The translations under genes were made by a program, and so were the position numbers. A stretch of 32,000 nucleotides of DNA, taken from positions 2,340,001 through 2,372,000 of the forward strand of contig NZ_CP036280.1 of NCBI RefSeq assembly GCF_007748075.1, read 5' to 3'. Source of the stretch: Mucisphaera calidilacus (GTDB lineage: Bacteria > Planctomycetota > Phycisphaerae > Phycisphaerales > Phycisphaeraceae). Under the pieces are notes generated by a model. The model was not told the DNA's origin, did no database searches, and saw only the letters and a program-made list of their open reading frames with translations. Shown in pieces: positions 24,826-32,000 of this stretch; position 1 is the stretch's first letter; every line of letters starts with the position of its first letter.

Positions 24826-26616
24826 TTACTTGGCCGCGTTCAGACGCGCCTCAAGGTCGGTCAGCTCGGTCGCGAGCGCGGCGGGGAGCTTGTCCTCGAA
24901 CTTCGCGAAGTGCTCCTTCATCGCCGGGATCACCGCGAGCCACTCTTCGGCATCAACCTTGAGCAGCTCGGCCATGTCCTCGGCGCTCACGTCCAGACCG
25001 CTGATATCAATGCCGTCGGCAGTCGGCAGGTTGCCGATCGGGGTCTCGACGACCTCGCCCTTGCCGTCCACGCGGTCGCAGATCCACTTGAGCACGCGCG
25101 AGTTCTCACCGAAGCCCGGCCAGAGCCACTTGCCCTCGGCGGTCTTGCGGAACCAGTTCACGTAGAAGACCTTCGGCATCTGCGCACCGGGCTTGTTGCC
25201 CATGTTCAGCCAGTGCTGCCAGTAGTCGCCCATGTTGTAGCCGCAGAACGGCAGCATCGCCATCGGATCAAAACGCAGCTGGCCAAGACCACCCGCAGCA
25301 GCAGCGGTCTTCTCAGAAGCCATCACCGCACCGAGGAACGTGCCGTGCTGCCAGTTCGTGGCCTCGAGCGCCAGCGGCTGCGTGCTCGCACGACGACCAC
25401 CAAACAGAATCGCGTCGATCGGCACGCCGGCGGGGTCTTCCCAGTTCGAAGCAATCACCGGGCACTGATCCGCACGGGCCGTAAAGCGGGCGTTGGGGTG
25501 CGCCGCCTTGACGTCGGTCCCGGGCTTCCAGTCGTTGCCCTTCCAGTCGATGAGGTGCTCGGGCGTCTCGCCGTCGATCTCTTCCCACCACACGTCGCCG
25601 TCGTCGGTGCGGGCCACGTTGGTGAAGACCGCGTTCTCCTTGAGCGACTCCATCGCGTTGGGGTTCGACGAGTAGTTCGTGCCCGGAGCAACACCGAAGA
25701 AACCCGCCTCGGGGTTGATCGCGTAGAGCTTGCCGTCCTCGCCGAACTTCATCCAGGCGATGTCGTCACCCACGCACTCGACCTTCCAGCCGTCCAGCGT
25801 CGGGTTCATCATGGCCAGGTTCGTCTTGCCGCACGCCGACGGGAACGCCGCCGCGATGTACTTCTCAACACCCTCGGGGCTGGTCAGCTTGAGGATGAGC
25901 ATGTGCTCGGCCATCCAGCCCTGCTCGCGGGCCATGATCGAAGCGATACGCAGCGCGAAGCACTTCTTGCCCAGCAGCGCGTTGCCGCCGTAACCCGAAC
26001 CGAACGACCAGATCTCCTTGGTCTCGGGGAAGTGCGTGATGTACTTGTTGTCCGCGTTGCACGGCCAGGGCGCGTCCTTCTGACCCGGCTCCAGCGGCGA
26101 ACCCACGGTGTGCACGCAGGGCACGTACTCGCCGTCCTCACCCAGAACGTCCAGAACCGCCTTGCCCACGCGGGTCATGATGTGCATGTTCGCCACCACG
26201 TAGGCCGAGTCGGTCAGCTCAACACCGATATGAGCAATCGGCGAACCGACCGGGCCCATCGAGAACGGAATCACATACATCGTCCGGCCCTTCATGCAGC
26301 CCTTGAACAGCGGCATGAGGATCGACTTCATCTCCTCGGGGTCTTTCCAGTTGTTGGTCGGGCCCGCGTCCTTCTGATCCTTCGAGCAGATGAAGGTGCG
26401 GTCCTCGACACGAGCCACGTCCGCGGGGTCCGAACGAATCAGCACCGAGTTGGGCTTCTTCGCCGAATCAAGCCACTCCGCCGTGCCGCCCTCGACCATC
26501 AGGTCGAGCATCCGCTGATACTCCTCGGGAGAGCCGTCGGCCCATTCGATCGCGTCCGGCTGGGTAAGCTGGGCAACTTCTTCGACCCAGGCTTTGAGCT
26601 TGGCATGGTTGGTCAT
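24826..26616 (-). CDS. pckG: Phosphoenolpyruvate carboxykinase (GTP)
   Basis: Full-length similarity pattern to GTP-dependent PEPCK ([46 protein letters not shown]). ATG 26616 has AAGGAAA upstream. Confidence 0.9.
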   Translation of the reverse strand: MTNHAKLKAWVEEVAQLTQPDAIEWADGSPEEYQRMLDLMVEGGTAEWLDSAKKPNSVLIRSDPADVARVEDRTFICSKDQKDAGPTNNWKDPEEMKSILMPLFKGCMKGRTMYVIPFSMGPVGSPIAHIGVELTDSAYVVANMHIMTRVGKAVLDVLGEDGEYVPCVHTVGSPLEPGQKDAPWPCNADNKYITHFPETKEIWSFGSGYGGNALLGKKCFALRIASIMAREQGWMAEHMLILKLTSPEGVEKYIAAAFPSACGKTNLAMMNPTLDGWKVECVGDDIAWMKFGEDGKLYAINPEAGFFGVAPGTNYSSNPNAMESLKENAVFTNVARTDDGDVWWEEIDGETPEHLIDWKGNDWKPGTDVKAAHPNARFTARADQCPVIASNWEDPAGVPIDAILFGGRRASTQPLALEATNWQHGTFLGAVMASEKTAAAAGGLGQLRFDPMAMLPFCGYNMGDYWQHWLNMGNKPGAQMPKVFYVNWFRKTAEGKWLWPGFGENSRVLKWICDRVDGKGEVVETPIGNLPTADGIDISGLDVSAEDMAELLKVDAEEWLAVIPAMKEHFAKFEDKLPAALATELTDLEARLNAAK

Positions 26617-26693
26617 GTCGTTTCCTTTTCCGAGGTTGATGGAGGGCGAACTGGTCACGGTGACTCCCGTCTTGTCAAAAGGTGATCATTCAT

Positions 26694-26712
26694 CCCGGCT
26701 GAAGAAGCCGGG
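26694..26712 (-). terminator. 7-bp hairpin downstream of the 26781..28001 gene (weak terminator candidate)
   Basis: CCCGGCT-GAAGA-AGCCGGG. On the minus strand a short T-run (CCTTTTG) follows only after 13 nt. Confidence 0.3.
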
Positions 26713-26780
26713 CTGGCGAGGGGCCGTCTCAGACGAGGCCGTAAACCCCAACGACGCCACCTAAAATACAAATCGATCTT

Positions 26781-28001
26781 TTATTCTGCAACCGGGAGTA
26801 GAGAATCCTGCTCTAAATCAGATCGCTGTCGTGCTGTATCACCTGTAGGGACTGTAACTTCCGTCGAATCCCCATCCTGAGGAATTCGGTCCGCAATCAC
26901 GGCCGAGCGACGAAGCGTCGCTGGGGAAAACCCTAGTGTCGCCAGACGACCATCGCTGTCAATGACCAGATAGGCAGGAAGTTCATCGATCCCCAACCGC
27001 CCAAGTGCATCCGCCTCCGACCCCGGCACCCAGCCCTGAGCACCCTCCCAGCCCTCAAGTCGACCCGGCTCGATCACCCCGCCTACCAGCACCACCCGCG
27101 CCTCCATCGGCCGCAGCGCCACCCCCCGACGCACAGCGTCCAGCGCCCGCCGGCTCGGAGCATCCAGGCTTGATCCCCACGGCAGCAGCACCACCGCACG
27201 GACCGGAGGCGTCAACTGACCCACCCGATAATCAATCGCACGCAGCAGCGCCCCTGGCACCCGACGCCCCAACTGCCCCTCCGCAGCCACCACCCGGTCC
27301 ACCGCCGCGCTGCCCGGATGACCCCGCTCCAGCCGACGCGCCAGCTCGCCCGCCGAAGCCACGTTGCCCTGCTCCATCTGCAACCCGATGGCCAACTCCA
27401 GAACACCGCGCTCAAACCGCTCGAAACAAGCACCACCCGCCAGCGAACCGTCAGCCGTGTCCGCCAGAAAGCTCAGCAACGCCGCCAGATGATCGCCACG
27501 CGCACCGCTGTCATTTTCGATCGCGCACAGCTCCAGCAGCAGACGCCAGCAGGCCGTGCACCGCTTCGCCTCGGGATGATCCAGACCCGCCATCCGCGCC
27601 GCCACACCACGTGCCTGCGCCAGGCGAAACGACGCCACCGAACTCAGGCCGCCCCGCTGCGCCTCACGCACCAGCCTGAAGTAGCCCGCGATCCGCACCG
27701 TCTCCGCGACCAGACGCTCGTCCTCGTTGCGGGTCGACTCCGCCAGATCCTCCGCCGACTCGATCAACGCCAGCAGGTCCGCCGTCGCCGCTTCACCCTT
27801 CCCGAACAGAGGCACCGCACGCTCCAGCAACCCGGCGATCGCGTCCGTCTCCACCACCGCCGTCATGACCGATTCATCAGCCCGATCCGCTTCAACAGGC
27901 AACGGACCTTCTGAGGCCTCGGGCACAACACGCGGGATCAGCGGCTGCCCCGCCACCCCGGTCACCAGCACGAGCACCGCCAGCAGACTCAACGCTCTCA
28001 C
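26781..28001 (-). CDS. Secreted hypothetical protein with a possible redox-inactive thioredoxin-like C-terminal domain
   Basis: Signal peptide (M)RALSLLAVLVLVTGVAG. The C-terminal segment VVLLPWGSSLDAPSRRAL...LGIDELPAYLVIDSDGRLATLG resembles the TlpA/redoxin layout but without CxxC. The GTG at 28001 overlaps the upstream stop (GTGA). GTG 28007 (track start) is also possible. Confidence 0.6.
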   Translation of the reverse strand: MRALSLLAVLVLVTGVAGQPLIPRVVPEASEGPLPVEADRADESVMTAVVETDAIAGLLERAVPLFGKGEAATADLLALIESAEDLAESTRNEDERLVAETVRIAGYFRLVREAQRGGLSSVASFRLAQARGVAARMAGLDHPEAKRCTACWRLLLELCAIENDSGARGDHLAALLSFLADTADGSLAGGACFERFERGVLELAIGLQMEQGNVASAGELARRLERGHPGSAAVDRVVAAEGQLGRRVPGALLRAIDYRVGQLTPPVRAVVLLPWGSSLDAPSRRALDAVRRGVALRPMEARVVLVGGVIEPGRLEGWEGAQGWVPGSEADALGRLGIDELPAYLVIDSDGRLATLGFSPATLRRSAVIADRIPQDGDSTEVTVPTGDTARQRSDLEQDSLLPVAE

Positions 28002-28810
28002 CCGCACGCCTCCAGATCAGTCTTCAGATCGCACCACGCATCCACCAGCAGCAGCGCCGGCACCAAGGCCCCCGGCCGCCCCTCCAGACTCAGGTGCGTC
28101 GCCACGTCGTGCAACTGCTGCTCGCCGAACGTAATCGTCGCCGGGTCACGCAGGAACCACGCCAGCGCCCAAGGCTGATAGGTCGTGTAATCCGGCTGCG
28201 TGTGCTGCACGTGGTGCAAAGCCACGCTGTAAGCACGGTGCGCCGCCGCCCCATCACCCGTCGCACGCGCGCGCGCCACCAGACCGTGCAGCCCCACCAG
28301 CTCGCGGTACGTCCAGTCGTCCGGCGAATCGTCCGGCTTCTGCTCGATCAGCGGAGCCGCCACCACGTTGCCATCAAACTCAGGCAGAGACCTCACCTGC
28401 GGCCCGCCCAGAGCAGCCACCCAGTCGGCATGAACCCGAGCATCCGGCGTTCCCGCTACCGGCTCGTGCGTCACCGGCACACCCCCCCCGCCACGCAGCG
28501 CCAGCCGCGCCGCCAGATACCCGTAACTCGGCCGGTGATGCCCCAGCCCGTCCGTCCAGCGGACCCGCTCGTCGCCACCCGGATCAGGCAGATCGCCGGG
28601 CACGTCGCCCATCAGACCCCGTGCCATCGGCAGCAACTCGGCCAGCGACACGATCCGCTCGCCCTCGCGCGGCCGCGGGGCATGAGGCGACGCATCCACC
28701 GCCATCCCCAAAGCACGCTCCGCCAACTCACCTACCATCGAAAGATAGCGCGTACACTGCGTCCGTAACGCGTCGGCCGATGCAGACAGGTTGGTACGCG
28801 ACTGACCCAC
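27998..28810 (-). CDS. Hypothetical protein (no family recognised, no signal peptide)
   Basis: 270-aa ORF with high GC3. GTG start with AGGA 7-10 nt upstream. Translationally coupled to the downstream gene. Confidence 0.55.
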   Translation of the reverse strand: MGQSRTNLSASADALRTQCTRYLSMVGELAERALGMAVDASPHAPRPREGERIVSLAELLPMARGLMGDVPGDLPDPGGDERVRWTDGLGHHRPSYGYLAARLALRGGGGVPVTHEPVAGTPDARVHADWVAALGGPQVRSLPEFDGNVVAAPLIEQKPDDSPDDWTYRELVGLHGLVARARATGDGAAAHRAYSVALHHVQHTQPDYTTYQPWALAWFLRDPATITFGEQQLHDVATHLSLEGRPGALVPALLLVDAWCDLKTDLEACG

Positions 28811-28837
28811 GACCTGATCCTACGGAGGATTTGCCCC

Positions 28838-29161
28838 ATGGCCAACTGGACACCCGTCGGACCCGCCGCCGACGTCCCCGAATCATGCCAGCAGGCATGC
28901 TCCGCCAGCGAGCACTCGGTCGTCGTCTTCCGCATCGACGGACAACTCCACGCCATCGAAAACCTCTGCCCCCACGCAGGCTTACCGCTCGAAGACGGCG
29001 AACGCGAGGGCATGGTCCTCACCTGCCCCTACCACGGCTTCGCCTTCAACCTCCGCACCGGCGCCAACGTCGACGACCCCCACGACGCCCCGGTCCGAAC
29101 CCTCCCCGCACGCGAGAACAACGGGCAGATCGAGGTCGACCTCGACGCCCTCAAGGACTGA
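28838..29161 (+). CDS. Rieske [2Fe-2S] domain protein (NirD/ferredoxin-subunit-like)
   Basis: CPHAGLPL...CPYHGFAF (CxH...CxxH Rieske ligands). GGAGGA lies upstream of the ATG. Confidence 0.85.
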   Translation: MANWTPVGPAADVPESCQQACSASEHSVVVFRIDGQLHAIENLCPHAGLPLEDGEREGMVLTCPYHGFAFNLRTGANVDDPHDAPVRTLPARENNGQIEVDLDALKD

Positions 29162-29196
29162 TCCACCACCCCTCAACCAACGGACCCACGACGTTC

Positions 29197-30588
29197 ATGA
29201 TTGACGCCATCCTCGAACAGGTCGATCGCCAGCACGACGATGCCATCCAACGCCTCTGCGACCTGCTGCGCATCCCCTCCATCAGCACCGACCCCGCCCA
29301 CGCCGACGACTGCCGCACCGCCGCCGACTGGGTCGCCGACCACCTCCGCGACTCCGGACTCAGGCCGCAGGTCCTGCCCACGGGCGGACACCCCGCCGTC
29401 GTCGCCCACACCGACGACGACGCCGTCGCCAACCCCGACGCCCCGCGCGTCCTCTTCTACGGCCACTACGACGTCCAGCCACCCGATCCCCTCGACCAGT
29501 GGCAGAGCAAGCCCTTCGAGCCCACCGTCCGCGAGGGCCGCGACGGGCCCGCCCTCTTCGCACGCGGCGCCTGCGACGACAAGGGCCAGGTCATGACCTT
29601 CCTCGAAGCCCTCCGCGTCTACAAGGAAACCGGCCAGAAGCTCCCAGGCCCCGTCACCGTCCTCATCGAGGGCGAAGAAGAACACGGCAGCGAGAACCTG
29701 CCTCGTTTCCTCAACGAGCAAAAAAAGCTACTCAACGCCGACATCGTCCTCATCTCCGACACCAGCATGTGGAAACCCGGCCTGCCCGCCATCTGCTACG
29801 CCCTCCGCGGACTCGTCTACTTCGACCTCGAACTCCGCGGACCGAAGATCGACCTCCACTCCGGCGTCTTCGGCGGCACCACCGCCAACCCCGCCACCAT
29901 CCTCACCCGCGTCCTCGGACAGCTCTTCGACGACCACAACCGCATCAACATCCCCGGCTTCTACGACGACGTCGACCCCGTCACCCCCGAAGAACGAGAC
30001 CGCTGGGACGAACTCGGCTTCAACGAAAACGACTACCTCGGGCCCGTCGGCGGATCGGCCTACGGCGAAAAAGACCTCGACACCCTCACCCGACGCTGGG
30101 CACGCCCCAGCTGCGACATCAACGGCCTCGACGCCGGCTACACCGGCGAGGGCGCCAAGACCGTCCTCCCCGCCGTCGCACGAGCCAAGGTCAGCTTCCG
30201 CATCCCCGCCAGCATGAACCCCGACAAGGTCGCCCGGCAGTTCGACGACTGGCTCCGCGCCTGCGACACCGGCCCCTGCACCTGGGAACGCATCGACTGC
30301 CTGAGCAAGGCCGCCTCCGTCGCCACACCCACCGACTCCCCGCACATCCAGGCCGTCTCCCGCGCCGTCGTCACCACCACCGGCAACCCGCCCGCCATGG
30401 TCCGCGAGGGCGCTACGATCCCCGTCGTCGCCGAGTTCAAGACACAACTCGGACTCGACAGCATCCTCCTCGGATTCGGCCTCGAAACCGACGCCATCCA
30501 CTCCCCCAACGAGCACTTCGGCATCGAACGCTTCCGACTCGGCTGCAAGACCCACGCCGCCCTGCTCGCCGAGATCGCGGCCGGCTGA
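29197..30588 (+). CDS. M20-family metallopeptidase (dipeptidase/ArgE-DapE-CPG2 type)
   Basis: LFYGHYDVQP, GACDDKGQV and EGEEEHGS metal-ligand blocks, plus a dimerisation-domain-like middle region. Start is at ATG 29197 (MIDAILEQV...). The long upstream extension of the track ORF runs through the Rieske gene in another frame. Confidence 0.85.
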   Translation: MIDAILEQVDRQHDDAIQRLCDLLRIPSISTDPAHADDCRTAADWVADHLRDSGLRPQVLPTGGHPAVVAHTDDDAVANPDAPRVLFYGHYDVQPPDPLDQWQSKPFEPTVREGRDGPALFARGACDDKGQVMTFLEALRVYKETGQKLPGPVTVLIEGEEEHGSENLPRFLNEQKKLLNADIVLISDTSMWKPGLPAICYALRGLVYFDLELRGPKIDLHSGVFGGTTANPATILTRVLGQLFDDHNRINIPGFYDDVDPVTPEERDRWDELGFNENDYLGPVGGSAYGEKDLDTLTRRWARPSCDINGLDAGYTGEGAKTVLPAVARAKVSFRIPASMNPDKVARQFDDWLRACDTGPCTWERIDCLSKAASVATPTDSPHIQAVSRAVVTTTGNPPAMVREGATIPVVAEFKTQLGLDSILLGFGLETDAIHSPNEHFGIERFRLGCKTHAALLAEIAAG

Positions 30589-30599
30589 CCGCTCAGCCG
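30582..30599. terminator. 7-bp hairpin containing both stop codons of the convergent M20 and pgl genes
   Basis: CGGCTGA-CCGC-TCAGCCG. TGA 30586-30588 (+ gene) and TCA 30593-30595 (- gene stop) lie inside the two arms. Confidence 0.35.
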
Positions 30600-31396
30600 C
30601 CCGCCGCCGCCTTATCCATGAACCACGTCATCGTGCCCGGCTCCCCGTCGAGACCGGCCGGCACGAAACGCTGCGGGTCCACGCCCGTGATCGGCAGCAA
30701 CACCCGGTCCACCTCGCCCGTCGCGAGCTGATCCGAGATCCTGCGGATCGTCGCCGCCTTGCCCCCGCCCACAACCAGAGGCATCACCTCACGCGCCGCA
30801 TTGATCAGCGGGTACGTCATCGTCACGCGGTCCGGAGGCGTCACGCTCGGCCCCGCGTTCACCACGATCCAGCGGTCCGCGACGCCGATCGCGTCACTCT
30901 CGGGAAAAAGCGACGCCGTGTGCGCATCCCCGCCCATCCCCAGCAGCACCACGTCCATCCGCGGGATCGAGCCCACGCCCGGACCGCCCGCCAGCTCGAA
31001 CACCTCAGCCAGCTCCGCCTCATACGCCTCCGCCGGATCACGGTCCATCACCGGCATCGGGTGCTTCTGACGCGCCGACATCGGCACGTGATCGGCCAAA
31101 CACTCGCGGATCATCTTCCAGTTGCTCTTGTCGTCCGTCGGCGGCACCCGACGCTCGTCCACGATCCACAGGTGCGTCTGCTGCCACGGGATGCCCCGAA
31201 AAAGCGGGTCCACCATCAGACGCATGTAGAACGGCTCAGGCGTCCCACCGCCCGACAACGCCAGATGAAACGCGCCACGCTCGTCCACCGCGCGGAAGGC
31301 CGACGCCATCAACGCACGGCCCATGTGCTCGAAAAGCTCCTCGGTATCCGGCGCGATACAGACCCCGCCGGGCAGGTGCAGCTCGGTTGCCGCCAT
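30593..31396 (-). CDS. pgl: 6-phosphogluconolactonase
   Basis: FHLALSGGGTPEPFY, WQQTHLWIVDERRVPPTDDKSN and LLGMGGDAHTASLFP blocks. Sits immediately downstream of zwf. GGAGA lies 7 nt upstream of the ATG. Confidence 0.9.
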   Translation of the reverse strand: MAATELHLPGGVCIAPDTEELFEHMGRALMASAFRAVDERGAFHLALSGGGTPEPFYMRLMVDPLFRGIPWQQTHLWIVDERRVPPTDDKSNWKMIRECLADHVPMSARQKHPMPVMDRDPAEAYEAELAEVFELAGGPGVGSIPRMDVVLLGMGGDAHTASLFPESDAIGVADRWIVVNAGPSVTPPDRVTMTYPLINAAREVMPLVVGGGKAATIRRISDQLATGEVDRVLLPITGVDPQRFVPAGLDGEPGTMTWFMDKAAAGG

Positions 31397-31419
31397 CTCA
31401 CGATCTCCACTGATGAAAA

Positions 31420-32000
31420 CTAGAAATTGTGCCAGTAACGGCCGTCACGCGCCATCATGATGTCCGACGCCGACGGGCCCCACGTCCCCGCGTTGTAGTT
31501 CGGCAGGTCGTCTTGCGGGTTGTTGTGCCAGTAATCGATCACCGGCTGCACCGCGTCCCACGCACACTCGATCTCGTCACGGTGCTTGAACAGCGTCTGG
31601 TCGCCACGGATGCAGTCGTGCAGCAGCGTCGCGTAACCGTCCGGCGGCGAGGCCTCCCACTGCTTCACGTAATCAAAATCCATCACCACGTCCTTGATCT
31701 GCATCCCCGGGCCCGGAACCTTGCCCTCAAACCGCAGACGGATCCCCTCGTCCGGCTGGATCGAGATCAGGATCTGGTTCGCCTTGAGCTTCTGCGCCTG
31801 CTCGCGGAACAGCACGTGAGGCGTCGGCTTGAGATAGACCACGATCTCCGTCTTCTTCTCCGCCATCGCCTTGCCCGAACGCAGATAGAACGGCACGCTC
31901 CCCCACCGCCACGTGTCCACCTTCAGCTTCATCGCCGCGAACGTGTCCGTCTGGCTATCCGCCGCCACACCATCCTCGTCACGGTACGCAGGCACCGACA
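31420..32000 (-). CDS. zwf: Glucose-6-phosphate 1-dehydrogenase, C-terminal part (5' part outside window)
   Basis: RWGSVPFYLRSGKAMAEKKTEIVVYLKP, YATLLHDCIRGDQTLF and GTWGP blocks. Ends ...ARDGRYWHNF* with TAG at 31420-31422, at the position where Zwf proteins normally end. Confidence 0.9.
   Translation of the reverse strand, partial: SVPAYRDEDGVAADSQTDTFAAMKLKVDTWRWGSVPFYLRSGKAMAEKKTEIVVYLKPTPHVLFREQAQKLKANQILISIQPDEGIRLRFEGKVPGPGMQIKDVVMDFDYVKQWEASPPDGYATLLHDCIRGDQTLFKHRDEIECAWDAVQPVIDYWHNNPQDDLPNYNAGTWGPSASDIMMARDGRYWHNF

Noticed and set aside
28621-29196. Long N-terminal extension of the M20 peptidase ORF
   Set aside because: It runs through the divergent spacer and the Rieske gene in another frame and is Pro/Arg-rich. 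The conserved M20 sequence begins at ATG 29197.
31420-31422. Idea that TAG is reassigned genome-wide, which would explain the two internal TAGs at 747 and 1482
   Set aside because: zwf terminates with TAG exactly where Zwf proteins normally end (...DGRYWHNF*), with the pgl SD and start following 23 nt later. TAG therefore functions as a stop in this genome.
1-32000. Search for CRISPR arrays, rRNA/tRNA genes, IS elements, integrases, toxin-antitoxin or other defence modules
   Set aside because: No spaced direct repeats, no cloverleaf-capable intergenic segments (all spacers are under 270 nt and accounted for), and no transposase, integrase, reverse-transcriptase or small paired-ORF signatures were seen on either strand.

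Overview
High-GC (roughly 60-65% by eye), densely coding chromosomal segment. About 28 genes are packed with very short or zero spacers, and most are housekeeping. Gene content (prepilin-type N-terminal protein, dockerin-like/PEP-CTERM-like secreted proteins, sugar-phosphate isomerase, DUF1572) suggests a Planctomycetota/Phycisphaerae-like genome. That placement is inference only.

Recognisable content, in order:
- thiC behind a TPP riboswitch
- an orphan pseudopilin-like gene
- a TIM-barrel sugar-phosphate isomerase and a DinB/DUF1572 protein
- recX and a PEGA lipoprotein
- an overlapping ArnT-like GT-C glycosyltransferase + PAP2 phosphatase pair, then a DUF971 gene
- phoB-phoR-phoU
- a translationally coupled addB-addA helicase-nuclease pair
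- a TPR-YggX fusion
- a PPC/dockerin-like secreted protein
- a class-A-beta-lactamase-like lipoprotein
- oligopeptidase A and GTP-dependent PEP carboxykinase
- two unknown genes
- a Rieske ferredoxin-like gene and an M20 peptidase
- pgl, and the 3' end of zwf

I see no rRNA, tRNA, CRISPR array, transposase/integrase or other mobile element. I also see no recognisable multi-gene defence or secretion island.

The least ordinary things I can support:
1. One secreted 7-repeat protein gene (210-1952, minus strand) is intact in every respect except two in-frame TAG codons. TAG does act as a genuine stop at the normal end of zwf in this window.
2. An uncharacterised, translationally coupled two-gene cassette (26781-28810) has a codon-composition break at its 3' end.
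3. A TPR-YggX fusion.
4. Convergent gene pairs whose stop codons abut in a TGATCA palindrome.

The many long ORFs antisense to or out of frame with these genes are GC-driven shadow ORFs. All family assignments come from motif recognition by eye; no database search was possible.
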